Origin: Oleiphilus sp.
Lineage (GTDB): Bacteria > Pseudomonadota > Gammaproteobacteria > Pseudomonadales > Oleiphilaceae
Direction: 5' to 3'
DNA: 64,000 nt
Assembly: GCA_048058835.1 (NCBI GenBank)
Contig: JBLLNS010000008.1
Span: forward strand, 56,231 to 120,230
Shown here: one piece after another, positions 54,189 to 63,147 of the stretch
How the letters are laid out: every line of letters starts with the position of its first letter
Position numbering within the stretch: the first letter of the stretch is position 1
Program-made: the position numbers and the translations under genes
The notes under the pieces: model-generated
What the model saw: the letters and a program-made list of their open reading frames with translations, nothing else
Databases searched by the model: none
Told to the model about the DNA's origin: nothing

Positions 54189-54353
54189 CTATTTGTGGCC
54201 AGAGTAGCTGACGCGTAAAGCGTCTTCAGGCGACATATCCCAACCATCTTGAACAGTACTTCGTTTGTGGCGAGTGCTGTGTGTGGGTTTACTTTTCTGA
54301 GCGTCTGGCTTGGTTTTAGTATGCCAAAGTGAACTGAGTTTGAATGTTTTCAT
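54189..54353 (-). CDS. Small basic hypothetical protein (54 aa)
   Basis: MKTFKLSSLWHTKTKPDAQKSKPTHSTRHKRS... is an open frame only. I recognise no family. Confidence 0.3.
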   Translation of the reverse strand: MKTFKLSSLWHTKTKPDAQKSKPTHSTRHKRSTVQDGWDMSPEDALRVSYSGHK

Positions 54354-54496
54354 TATAAATCCCTCTATCACTGAACTTGTGACTTACATTGATTATAATA
54401 GACAACATCAGATTACATTGCATTACAAAAAACCATTATAAATCAATAGTTAACAATGTTTTACATTTCAGGTTACGCAATATCAAGAGTTTGTCT

Positions 54497-54772
54497 ATGT
54501 CTGTAGAGAAAATGTGGTTTGTTTATATTATCCAAACCGTTTGCGGTAAGTTATATACCGGTATTTCTACCGATATCGAGCGCCGTTTTAATGAGCACTT
54601 AGACGTTCATCAAGGAAGAGGAATAAAAGGGGCTAAGTTTTTTCGTGGCCATAAGCCAAGCATCATTCTATATAGCGAAAAATGTCTGAATAGATCTGCC
54701 GCCTCAAAGCGTGAATGCCAAATCAAATCGATGACGGTAACTCAGAAGAAACGCCTTATAGCATTAAAATGA
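54497..54772 (+). CDS. GIY-YIG domain protein (YhbQ/UPF0213-like)
   Basis: WFVYIIQTVCGKLYTGISTDIERRFNEH carries the GIY...YTG motif. At about 91 aa it has a single domain. The start is trimmed to ATG 54497. Confidence 0.75.
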   Translation: MSVEKMWFVYIIQTVCGKLYTGISTDIERRFNEHLDVHQGRGIKGAKFFRGHKPSIILYSEKCLNRSAASKRECQIKSMTVTQKKRLIALK

Positions 54773-54874
54773 GATGTTCTGATAAACCCGCTCTTAGTTA
54801 CTCATAAGAAATTAATTAGGTGTTTTCAAATATTTCTGTATCATATCGGAGGTTTAAACTCTATAAATCATGTA

Positions 54875-55774
54875 TTGATCATGCTCTCGCTTGTTACTAA
54901 ATACCGTTCCCAGTCTTCAGTTTTCTTAGTCTATGCTTTTTTGTTTTCAGTGGGCGTTCACTTATGCTTGGCCTTCTTGCTCAGTTCGTCAGAGCCTGTT
55001 GATAATAAGGTTTCGCCTAAAGAAATCTCTATTTCGTTAAAGGCTATCGCTTCTTCTAGTGCAAGCGCCTCCTTGCTTTCTTCTAAACAAAGTAATACCA
55101 CGACACAAAACAAACATTCGAACAAACAGCCGCAGGTTATGGGTAAAGCGCCTAAAGAATCTATGCAGGCGGCTCACACCAATAAGAATGATCAGCTGGA
55201 AAAAGTCGTATCTCAGGTTGTACCAGTAAAGAAAGCTACGCCAAGCCCAGCTGTGAAACCCTTACCAGAGGATGCCAATGAACAGAGTGGAAATAGCCAG
55301 AAAAAAGTACAAGTTAGTAAGGCTCAAGAAGCAGAACATAAGGTTCAAAAAGAGCAACAGCCAAGCTTGGCAGATAAAAAAGCTGCCGATTCAGAAAATC
55401 AGGCAGACATACAAACTCCAATTGAAACATTGGCGGACAGCGACAGAGATAACGACAACGACAATGATATCGAGCGCGACGACGATAAGCAGCCAAGTCG
55501 TTTCGAAATTGGCTCGACTGACAATCCGCAACCGCAGTACCCCACTTTGGCAAGAAAGCGTGGTTGGCAGGGGCAAGTAATATTGGGTGTCACTGTTCGG
55601 GCTGATGGTTCGATTAAGCATCTGACTTTTGTAAAAAGTTCAGACTATGGCGTTTTAAATTATGAGGCTTATGAAACGGTGAGAACATCGTGGCAGTTCA
55701 AGCCGCTCGCTACGCCTTCCGATAAAACAAGCTATATTGAAGTTCCCATCACCTTTGGCATCGCTAATCGTTAA
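54875..55774 (+). CDS. tonB: TonB-family energy transducer
   Basis: It has an N-terminal TM anchor, a long charged linker and a C-terminal TonB domain (PQYPTLARKRGWQGQVILGVTVRADGSIKHLTFVKSS). The probable start is ATG 54881. Confidence 0.8.
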   Translation: MIMLSLVTKYRSQSSVFLVYAFLFSVGVHLCLAFLLSSSEPVDNKVSPKEISISLKAIASSSASASLLSSKQSNTTTQNKHSNKQPQVMGKAPKESMQAAHTNKNDQLEKVVSQVVPVKKATPSPAVKPLPEDANEQSGNSQKKVQVSKAQEAEHKVQKEQQPSLADKKAADSENQADIQTPIETLADSDRDNDNDNDIERDDDKQPSRFEIGSTDNPQPQYPTLARKRGWQGQVILGVTVRADGSIKHLTFVKSSDYGVLNYEAYETVRTSWQFKPLATPSDKTSYIEVPITFGIANR

Positions 55775-55801
55775 TCCAAGACTAGTTGCCCAACTTATTG
55801 C

Positions 55802-55830
55802 TTGACATTCTTCGTATCGAACCTTAAATT
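55802..55830 (+). promoter_or_regulatory. Sigma-70-type promoter for the riboswitch-btuB transcript
   Basis: TTGACA (55802-55807), a 17-bp spacer and TAAATT (55825-55830). Confidence 0.5.
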
Positions 55831-55837
55831 GGCGCCA

Positions 55838-56040
55838 CGTTAAAGGTGTTCCAGTACAAATTTTGTACACGGAATGAAACGAGAAATCGGTGCATGTCTG
55901 AGTTATCCTCGACATTATCCCGATGCTGCCCCCGCAACGGTAAATGAGTTAATAGTCTGCAATAAGCCACTGTGTTATTGACATGGGAAGGCGCAGCTAG
56001 TTTTTACAAACACTCATGAGCCCGGAGACCGGCCTTTAAC
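55838..56040 (+). promoter_or_regulatory. Cobalamin (B12) riboswitch
   Basis: Conserved blocks appear in the correct order. They are GGTGTTCC, ACGGAATGAAACGAGAAATCGGTGCA, GCTGCCCCCGCAACGGTAAA, AAGCCACTG, GGGAAGGC and the B12 box GAGCCCGGAGACCGGCC (56018-56034). It lies about 95 nt upstream of the btuB ATG. Confidence 0.85.
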
Positions 56041-56132
56041 CAGTAACCGGTATTGCGGAGGGCGATGCTACGGCAGTTTCTCTTTTTCTGCTTTTCCCGT
56101 TCTTATCCTCTGCACGCCATTTTTTTGTTTCC

Positions 56133-58103
56133 ATGAATTGGTGCTGTGTGAACTACAAGTTTTCAAGTTTTTTCCTCATTTTACTCATCAGCGGGTTTGT
56201 TTTTGCGGATACCTCGCTATCTGAGGGCGAAACAATACAGCACAGCGAAGTCTTTGTTATTGCGCAACCTATCGCTGCGGATGAAGTCGACACGGATTAT
56301 CAAACCAGCCACATCACGGTTATTCCAAGAGAGTCTTTCGAAGGCGAGTTGGCGACAGTGGCAGATGTTTTAAAAAAGCAAAAAGGCGTTCAAATAAGAC
56401 GTTTAGGTGGGGTGGGTTCTTACTCAACTGTTAATATACGCGGCGCAAGTGGTTCTCAAGTTAATGTCTATCTAGATGGTGTTTTGTTGAATGGTGCATT
56501 TGGTGGTGTCGTTGATTTAAGCCAATTTCTCCTGGGTGCAGTGGAGTCAATCGAGATTTATCGAGGCAATGTGCCAGTTCAGTTAGGTGGGTCAAGTGTA
56601 GGTGGGGCTGTCAATATCAAAACATTGCGCGCTAAAAAAGAAACCAGTCGCCAACTCAGTTTTGGCACGGGGAGTTTCGATACCAAACGCGTTTCAGCCA
56701 CGGCTGCCACGACATCAGGTAACTTGGATACTTTGGCCACAGGCGAATTCATCAAGAGTAACAACCGCTATGACCTAGTAAATGAAAAAGGAACCTATGA
56801 CTACAAAGCAGATGATACAAAAGAAAAACGGAACAATGCCGATTTTGAGCAATATTCAGGCTTAGTGTCGAGTCAATTTACATTTGACGAAGATTTAATG
56901 GTGCAAGGTTTTGTTCAGGGGTACCAGAAAGAGCAAGGCTTATCAGAACTTCAGAATAACCCATTGACGCGTTCGCAATTAGATACTCGATTTCTGACTG
57001 GTCAGTTGAAAATGAACTATTGGTCTAATAATACGAGTTATGTCGTTAAGGTTTTCGGTTCTCAGAAAGAAGAGGTCTATAAAGATCTGCAAAGTAGGAT
57101 AGGGGTATTGCCGAATAATGAAAAAGGAATTACCACAAATCTTGGTTTAGGGTTTCAGCTTAGTCGGACTATCTACTCATCTCATCTAATAAGTTTCAAT
57201 GCAGAAACTAAGGCAGAAAAATATACCATTGATGATTATCGCTTAGATGAATTCAACGAGTTCAACCGACTCAATACCACCGCAGGCATTCAGGATGATT
57301 GGGTTAACGCGCAAGGTGACCTGCTAATTACTCTGGGAAGCAAACTTCAGCATATTATAGATGAAAATGGGGATCAGGGCTTTGAGAACTCAGGCTCTTA
57401 TTCAAGCGTTTATTCTGGGCTACGATACGACTTAACGCCAGAATGGTTACTTCAGTTTAATCTGGCTCGTGAAGTTCGGGTTCCCTTATTAAATGAAAAA
57501 TTTGGCGACCGTGGTTACACCAAAGGTACTGAAGAGCTAGAAAATGAGATTGCTTTGAATTCAGACATCGGGTTCAAATTTAGCAGGTCTTCATTCTCCG
57601 GAAGCCTTGTTTATTTTTATCGTCATATTGATGATGCGATTTTAACCTTATTCGATTCACAAGGCGTCGGCAAAGCACAAAACATTTCGGAATCTGACAT
57701 TCACGGGCTCGAGCTCGAGTCTTCTTTCCGCTTAGGTGCTGCCTGGTCATTTTTGCTAAGCAGCACATGGCAGCACTCTGAAGACTTATCAGATTCCAGT
57801 AGTGCTGCGGGTAAGTTGCTTCCCGGTCTTTATAAGAGGGAGGCATTTATGTCTGCGAGTTATCGCGTTGACGCTTTTGAATATATCGTAGAGCTGGAAT
57901 ACCAATCTGGTGGATTCTATGACTCATCAAACACCGCGCGCATGCCAAGTACAAAACAAGCTAATTTAATGGCGATTTGGCGCCATGGTTCCGGCCGCCT
58001 TGAGCTGGCTGTAGACAATCTCAATAATCAAGTTATTCAAGATTTTAACCGCTATCCAAGTCCTGGTCGGAATTTTTCAGCCAGTTATACCTATAATTTT
58101 TAA
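56133..58103 (+). CDS. btuB: TonB-dependent outer membrane receptor, vitamin B12 transporter type
   Basis: It has a signal peptide and plug-domain motifs (VQIRRLGGVGSYSTVNIRGASGSQVNVYLDGVLLN, IEIYRG). The C-terminus ends in a beta-barrel (YTYNF). The B12 riboswitch is upstream. Confidence 0.85.
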   Translation: MNWCCVNYKFSSFFLILLISGFVFADTSLSEGETIQHSEVFVIAQPIAADEVDTDYQTSHITVIPRESFEGELATVADVLKKQKGVQIRRLGGVGSYSTVNIRGASGSQVNVYLDGVLLNGAFGGVVDLSQFLLGAVESIEIYRGNVPVQLGGSSVGGAVNIKTLRAKKETSRQLSFGTGSFDTKRVSATAATTSGNLDTLATGEFIKSNNRYDLVNEKGTYDYKADDTKEKRNNADFEQYSGLVSSQFTFDEDLMVQGFVQGYQKEQGLSELQNNPLTRSQLDTRFLTGQLKMNYWSNNTSYVVKVFGSQKEEVYKDLQSRIGVLPNNEKGITTNLGLGFQLSRTIYSSHLISFNAETKAEKYTIDDYRLDEFNEFNRLNTTAGIQDDWVNAQGDLLITLGSKLQHIIDENGDQGFENSGSYSSVYSGLRYDLTPEWLLQFNLAREVRVPLLNEKFGDRGYTKGTEELENEIALNSDIGFKFSRSSFSGSLVYFYRHIDDAILTLFDSQGVGKAQNISESDIHGLELESSFRLGAAWSFLLSSTWQHSEDLSDSSSAAGKLLPGLYKREAFMSASYRVDAFEYIVELEYQSGGFYDSSNTARMPSTKQANLMAIWRHGSGRLELAVDNLNNQVIQDFNRYPSPGRNFSASYTYNF

Positions 58104-58118
58104 CTAAAAGGAAATCCT

Positions 58119-59291
58119 ATGAACTACCCTAGTTTTGCAAAGCTATTGAGCTTATTTAGTTTGTTTTTCGCAGTCATTATATCTGGTTGTAGTAGTGATA
58201 ATGACAGTAATGACGATGTGTTGGCTGGATTTATCGATGACTCAAGCAACCCCTATGAAATGCATTTCGTAAGTGCCAGCAAAGCTTATGTATTACGTTA
58301 TGGCTCACCTTCTATTTGGATCGTTGATCCCAGTGTATCTTCTGCAAACGAAGAAGAATTCAAAATTGGTGAAATCAATCTAAAAGCCTATGATGCCGAT
58401 GGCGTACCTAATATGAGTAAAGGCCTGATTCACGATGGTCGATTGTATGTCGTCATGCAAGCAATGGATGCTAGTTATGTTCCGGGGCAGGCTTACATGG
58501 CTGTGATCGATATCGCTACAGATACAGAGATAAATGTCGACTCAAACCCGCTAAAAGCGTTTGAGTTAGAGGTTGTCAACCCAGTTGATATCGATCTGCA
58601 AGGTGACTTTATTTACGTGACTGGCATTGGCCGTTATGGTTCTGGTACGCGTGATCCTGAATATACAGGCGGTATTGAGAAAGTAAATATTAACGACTTT
58701 ACCTCTACTTTGTTGATTGATGATGGTGACGCGGTGACGCACCCTTATGGTCAAATTTCGGGTTTATCTATTATTTCAGATACCCAAGCTTATTTTACAG
58801 CCTACGCCGGTTGGCAAAACATTTCTTTGTATGAGTTCAACTTATCCAGTGGTGAAGTGACGTCTCCAGCCGTCGAGAATTATGTAGGTGTTGATATTCG
58901 CGCCACAGAAGTAAGTCCAGAAGGCTATCTTTGGGTTGCATTGGGTGACTTTAGTGACCCTCTTGTCGATATCTTAGATCCATCTGATAACAGCGTGGTT
59001 GATTCTTTATCGCTTGATAAAAACCCAACTCAAATACATTTCAATTCTGATACAGCTTTAATTGTCAGTGTTGCTTCTGACTATACTTCGAGTGAACTGT
59101 CTTTAGCGGATGCGGCGTCTCCTTATGCTATTGATAACGGTTATGCGGCTCAGGACTTATCCGATATTGTGGGTGCCATAGATGAGACATCCTTTTACCG
59201 TCTCGGTCGTACCAGTCAAAATAATATTTCTAAATTTGATATTACCAGCCCATCTGTCTTGGAATGGCAATTTTCAACCAATGAGGACTAG
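58119..59291 (+). CDS. Lipoprotein of unknown function (probably beta-propeller-like) inside the B12 operon
   Basis: The lipobox is ISGCSS. The gene starts 15 nt after btuB and ends 7 nt before cobQ. Strand-rich segments with D/G turns recur. I recognise no family with confidence. Confidence 0.6.
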   Translation: MNYPSFAKLLSLFSLFFAVIISGCSSDNDSNDDVLAGFIDDSSNPYEMHFVSASKAYVLRYGSPSIWIVDPSVSSANEEEFKIGEINLKAYDADGVPNMSKGLIHDGRLYVVMQAMDASYVPGQAYMAVIDIATDTEINVDSNPLKAFELEVVNPVDIDLQGDFIYVTGIGRYGSGTRDPEYTGGIEKVNINDFTSTLLIDDGDAVTHPYGQISGLSIISDTQAYFTAYAGWQNISLYEFNLSSGEVTSPAVENYVGVDIRATEVSPEGYLWVALGDFSDPLVDILDPSDNSVVDSLSLDKNPTQIHFNSDTALIVSVASDYTSSELSLADAASPYAIDNGYAAQDLSDIVGAIDETSFYRLGRTSQNNISKFDITSPSVLEWQFSTNED

Positions 59292-59298
59292 TTAACGC

Positions 59299-60777
59299 AT
59301 GACGACATTAATGGTACAAGGCACCACCTCAGATGCTGGGAAAAGCACCCTTGTTGCTGCCTTGTGCCGTTGTTTGTTGCGCAGGAAAATTAAGGTTGCA
59401 CCGTTTAAGCCGCAGAACATGGCTTTGAACAGTGCTGTGACTGTTGAAGGCGGTGAAATTGGCCGAGCGCAAGCACTTCAAGCGGTGGCTTGTGGGCTTG
59501 AAGCTCAGAATGATATGAATCCAGTTTTATTAAAGCCTGAAACAGATATTGGTGCGCAGGTCATTATTCATGGTCATGTTAAAGGTAATATGTCAGCGAC
59601 GAGTTACCATGAATACAAAAGCCTAGCTATGTCGGCGGTGCTGGAGTCACACAAGCGGCTGTCAGCAAAGTTCGATGTTGTTATGGTTGAAGGGGCGGGT
59701 TCACCTGCTGAAATAAATCTTCGCGATCGTGATATCGCCAATATGGGGTTTGCCGAAGCAGTGGATTGTCCGGTTATTCTTGTTGCGGATATTGATCGCG
59801 GAGGCGTGTTCGCGCATTTAGTGGGTACCTTAGCTTTATTGAGCGAAACTGAGCAAGCTCGAATAAAGGGCTTCGTTATCAATCGATTCCGGGGAGATAT
59901 TAGCCTTTTACAGTCTGGCCTGGATTGGCTTGAGTCCTATACTGGGAAGCCTGTTTTAGGTGTTCTACCTTATCTGCATGACTTACATTTAGATGCAGAA
60001 GATGCCTTGCCCCAACAGCAATTGAGCACGGATTCGTCTCGATTTACTATTGTTGTGCCGGTGCTTCCTCGCATCAGTAATCATACAGACTTTGACCCTT
60101 TACGTGTGCACCCGGAGGTTGATTTTCGTTTCATCAGGATGGGAGAAGCGATACCACCCGCTGATTTAATTATTTTGCCTGGTTCCAAGTCAGTCCGAGC
60201 GGATCTTGCTTTTCTTAAGGAAAATAGTTGGGATACAGCTATTGCTCGGCACCTCCGCTTTGGTGGGAAAGTATTAGGTATTTGTGGCGGCTTCCAAATG
60301 CTCGGAAACGTGATCAAAGATCTTGAAGGAGTCGAAGGTGACGTTGGCTCAAGTAAAGGTTTTGCGTTATTAGATATAGAAACTGAGCTTAAAAGAGAAA
60401 AACAGTTATTTAACCGAAAAGGGCGCTTATCTTTTAGCGAGACAGAATTAACTGGCTATGAAATTCATACCGGTGTGTCTAATGGGCCAAGCTGTCTGTT
60501 ACCCTTTCTACACTTTACCGAGAAAGGGCGGACGTGCTCAGATGGCGCTATAAATGATGAAAATACTGTCGCAGGCACCTATTGGCATGGTCTTTTTGAA
60601 CAGCCAGAAGCATTGCGCGACATTCTAGCCTGGGCGGGCCTGTCGACTAAAGAAAATGTTGACTTCAATCACATTCGTGAGCAGCAAATTGACCGACTTG
60701 CGGATGCTGTTGAGTCAAATCTCGATATGGACAAATTACTCTCTTTTCTCGAGGAGAAGGTTAACGCCGATGTCTAG
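59299..60777 (+). CDS. cobQ: Cobyric acid synthase
   Basis: It has [36 protein letters not shown] and NPVLLKP, plus a C-terminal GATase domain (ICGGFQMLG). Confidence 0.9.
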   Translation: MTTLMVQGTTSDAGKSTLVAALCRCLLRRKIKVAPFKPQNMALNSAVTVEGGEIGRAQALQAVACGLEAQNDMNPVLLKPETDIGAQVIIHGHVKGNMSATSYHEYKSLAMSAVLESHKRLSAKFDVVMVEGAGSPAEINLRDRDIANMGFAEAVDCPVILVADIDRGGVFAHLVGTLALLSETEQARIKGFVINRFRGDISLLQSGLDWLESYTGKPVLGVLPYLHDLHLDAEDALPQQQLSTDSSRFTIVVPVLPRISNHTDFDPLRVHPEVDFRFIRMGEAIPPADLIILPGSKSVRADLAFLKENSWDTAIARHLRFGGKVLGICGGFQMLGNVIKDLEGVEGDVGSSKGFALLDIETELKREKQLFNRKGRLSFSETELTGYEIHTGVSNGPSCLLPFLHFTEKGRTCSDGAINDENTVAGTYWHGLFEQPEALRDILAWAGLSTKENVDFNHIREQQIDRLADAVESNLDMDKLLSFLEEKVNADV

Positions 60778-61327
60778 TTTGAAACACCTTATTCTAGGTG
60801 GTGTTAAGTCGGGTAAAAGCCGATATGCAGAAAACCGTGTTAAGCAGTTTTTGTCTGAACATAACATAGCGGCTGAATCTGTCTGTCTAATCGCGACAGC
60901 AGAATCGCTCGATGAGGCCATGGCCCAACGAATTAAAAAGCATCAAGCTCAGCGGCCGTCTAATTGGCAGGTAATTGAGGAGCCGTTGTATTTGGCCGAG
61001 GCGCTAGAAAAAGCCTCCACAACGGCGTCAATTATTTTGATTGATTGTTTAACCTTATGGTTGACCAATCTGTTGATGAAAGAAAATGAAAACTTTTTGG
61101 CAAGAGAGCTCGAGCAATTCACGAACGCTGTTCAACGCTGCCAAGTTAGCTTAATAATGGTGTCAAACGAAACTAACATGGGGATTATGCCGCTTGGCCA
61201 GTTAACCAGAGATTACTGCGATAGGGTAGGTATACTCCACCAGAAATTGGCAAAGATATGTGGTAGCGTCGATATAGTCGTTGCTGGCTTACCCTTAGCT
61301 TTAAAGCGAAAAGGTGATCAGGGGTGA
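60770..61327 (+). CDS. cobU: Adenosylcobinamide kinase / adenosylcobinamide-phosphate guanylyltransferase
   Basis: It has the P-loop [15 protein letters not shown], plus [10 protein letters not shown] and [11 protein letters not shown]. The start at ATG 60770 overlaps the end of cobQ by 8 nt. Confidence 0.85.
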   Translation: MSSLKHLILGGVKSGKSRYAENRVKQFLSEHNIAAESVCLIATAESLDEAMAQRIKKHQAQRPSNWQVIEEPLYLAEALEKASTTASIILIDCLTLWLTNLLMKENENFLARELEQFTNAVQRCQVSLIMVSNETNMGIMPLGQLTRDYCDRVGILHQKLAKICGSVDIVVAGLPLALKRKGDQG

Positions 61328-62118
61328 GCATGAAGCCATTGTTGAGCTTAACTAATGTTTCTTGGTCAGTAGACACACAAACGATATTGAAAAATATTAG
61401 TTTTGACTTGGAAGAGGGACGCTTCATCGGTTTACTTGGGCCGAATGGTGCAGGAAAGTCGAGTTTGATGCGCTGTATTTACCGTGTAAATAAGCCGGAT
61501 TTTGGTACGGTCAACTTTCAAGGGAAGGATATTTGGCAGGGGTCTGCGTCTGAGAATGCTCAACAGATGGCTGTGATACTGCAAGAACAAAGTGAGCATC
61601 TTGGTTTATCTGTGTATGAAGTCATTGCCTTAGGTCTAACGCCACACAAGAAAATATTTGAGTGGGATTCTTATGAAGATAAAGTCGCGATCAAACAAGT
61701 GCTTCAGGAAAATGACTTAACTGATTTATCATCGCGGCTTTTTTCCGGTTTGTCGGGTGGTGAAAAACAAAGGGTGATGTTAGCCAGGGCCATGCTTCAA
61801 AAACCCAAACTCTTGATTATGGATGAGCCAACCAATCATCTTGATGTGCATTACCAAGTTGCCGTACTTCAAAAAGTGAAGCGTTTGAATGTCACCGTGC
61901 TTGCATCATTTCATGATTTAAATCTAGCTGCTGCTTTTTGTGATTCTTTGCTTGTTCTAAATAACGGTGAATTAGTTGCGTATGGAACACCACAAGATGT
62001 GCTGACAGAATCTTTACTGTCTGAGGTATTTAATACCCATGCATTAATAGATAAACACCCTCTTAACGCCCATCCTAGGATTACCTTTGCCTATCATGAT
62101 GAGCGTTATAATGACTAA
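61324..62118 (+). CDS. btuD: ABC transporter ATP-binding protein (BtuD/FecE type)
   Basis: It has Walker A GPNGAGKSS, the signature LSGGEKQRV and Walker B LLIMDEPTNHLD. The start is GTG 61324 or ATG 61330. Confidence 0.8.
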   Translation: MSMKPLLSLTNVSWSVDTQTILKNISFDLEEGRFIGLLGPNGAGKSSLMRCIYRVNKPDFGTVNFQGKDIWQGSASENAQQMAVILQEQSEHLGLSVYEVIALGLTPHKKIFEWDSYEDKVAIKQVLQENDLTDLSSRLFSGLSGGEKQRVMLARAMLQKPKLLIMDEPTNHLDVHYQVAVLQKVKRLNVTVLASFHDLNLAAAFCDSLLVLNNGELVAYGTPQDVLTESLLSEVFNTHALIDKHPLNAHPRITFAYHDERYND

Positions 62119-63142
62119 GTATTTGGCTCCGCATTATCGTTATTTTAGCTATTGCTTGGTCGCTTTGGTCAGCGTTGTGTTGTCTCTCGCATATGGCGCG
62201 ATCGACATTCGTTTTGCCGATTTACTGGTCTGGTTGTCTAACCTTCTAGGTGCAAGTAACGACGTCAATGAAATCCATGTGCGTATATTGGAAGAGTTGC
62301 GATTGCCTAGGCTGATTTTGGCTTTTCTAACTGGGGCCGGTTTATCATTATCGGGCGCCGTTCTCCAAATGGTGACCCGTAATCCGCTCGCCGATCCTTA
62401 TTTATTTGGTATCTCTTCTGGCGCATCATTTGGTGCAGTTTTAGTTATTGCTATGTTGTCTGGTGCTACGTTTATTCAGCTTGAACAAAACATGTTTCAA
62501 CTAGGCATCACCAGTGGTGCATTCATCGGCAGCACAGCGTCGGTGATTTTAGTCTTGGCTTTTGCCGGTAATGGCATGCAGATTGAGCGTATGCTGCTTG
62601 CTGGCGTCGCTGTTTCATTTATGTTCGGTGCAGCAACCAGTTTGGTGCTTTATCATATTGATGCACAAGCGGTCGCAACTTTACTGTTTTGGACAATGGG
62701 AAGCTTTACCCGCGCAAGCTGGGATAATTTATTGCTCCCTTCGATCATTGTGACAATTTGCTTGCTGGTGTTTTTGGGATTTTCCAGACAGATGCGTACG
62801 GCTCTGGCAGGAGACGAAAGTGCTCGCGCCTTAGGTGTTGATATCCATAAATTACGAATTAATATGCTGCTTCTTAGCTCCTTAATGACCGCTACTTTAG
62901 TCGCCAATACGGGAGGCATTGGCTTTGTCGGCTTGATGATTCCTCATATTGTACGACGTGTATTTTTTCGCTACCAACGCTACTTTTTATGGTCATGTAC
63001 GATCTTTGGTGGTTGCTTCATGGTGTGGGTGGATGTCCTGGCAAGAACATTAATGGAGGAAAGTGAACTGCCTATCGGCGTAATCACCGCAGCACTGGGC
63101 AGTATTTTCTTTTTACTCGTACTTAAGCAACGAAAAGGATGA
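62087..63142 (+). CDS. btuC: FecCD-family ABC permease (BtuC type)
   Basis: It is multi-TM, with the patterns RLPRLILAFLTGAGLSLSGAVLQ and GGIGFVGLMIPHIVR. The start is uncertain (TTG 62087, ATG 62096 or ATG 62111). Confidence 0.8.
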   Translation: MPIMMSVIMTKYLAPHYRYFSYCLVALVSVVLSLAYGAIDIRFADLLVWLSNLLGASNDVNEIHVRILEELRLPRLILAFLTGAGLSLSGAVLQMVTRNPLADPYLFGISSGASFGAVLVIAMLSGATFIQLEQNMFQLGITSGAFIGSTASVILVLAFAGNGMQIERMLLAGVAVSFMFGAATSLVLYHIDAQAVATLLFWTMGSFTRASWDNLLLPSIIVTICLLVFLGFSRQMRTALAGDESARALGVDIHKLRINMLLLSSLMTATLVANTGGIGFVGLMIPHIVRRVFFRYQRYFLWSCTIFGGCFMVWVDVLARTLMEESELPIGVITAALGSIFFLLVLKQRKG

Positions 63143-63147
63143 TAGAT

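Noticed and set aside
54497-54772. GIY-YIG protein as a homing endonuclease or mobile-element nuclease
   Set aside because: It is only about 91 aa and has a single domain (YhbQ/UPF0213 type). There is no DNA-binding extension, intron/intein context or flanking repeats.
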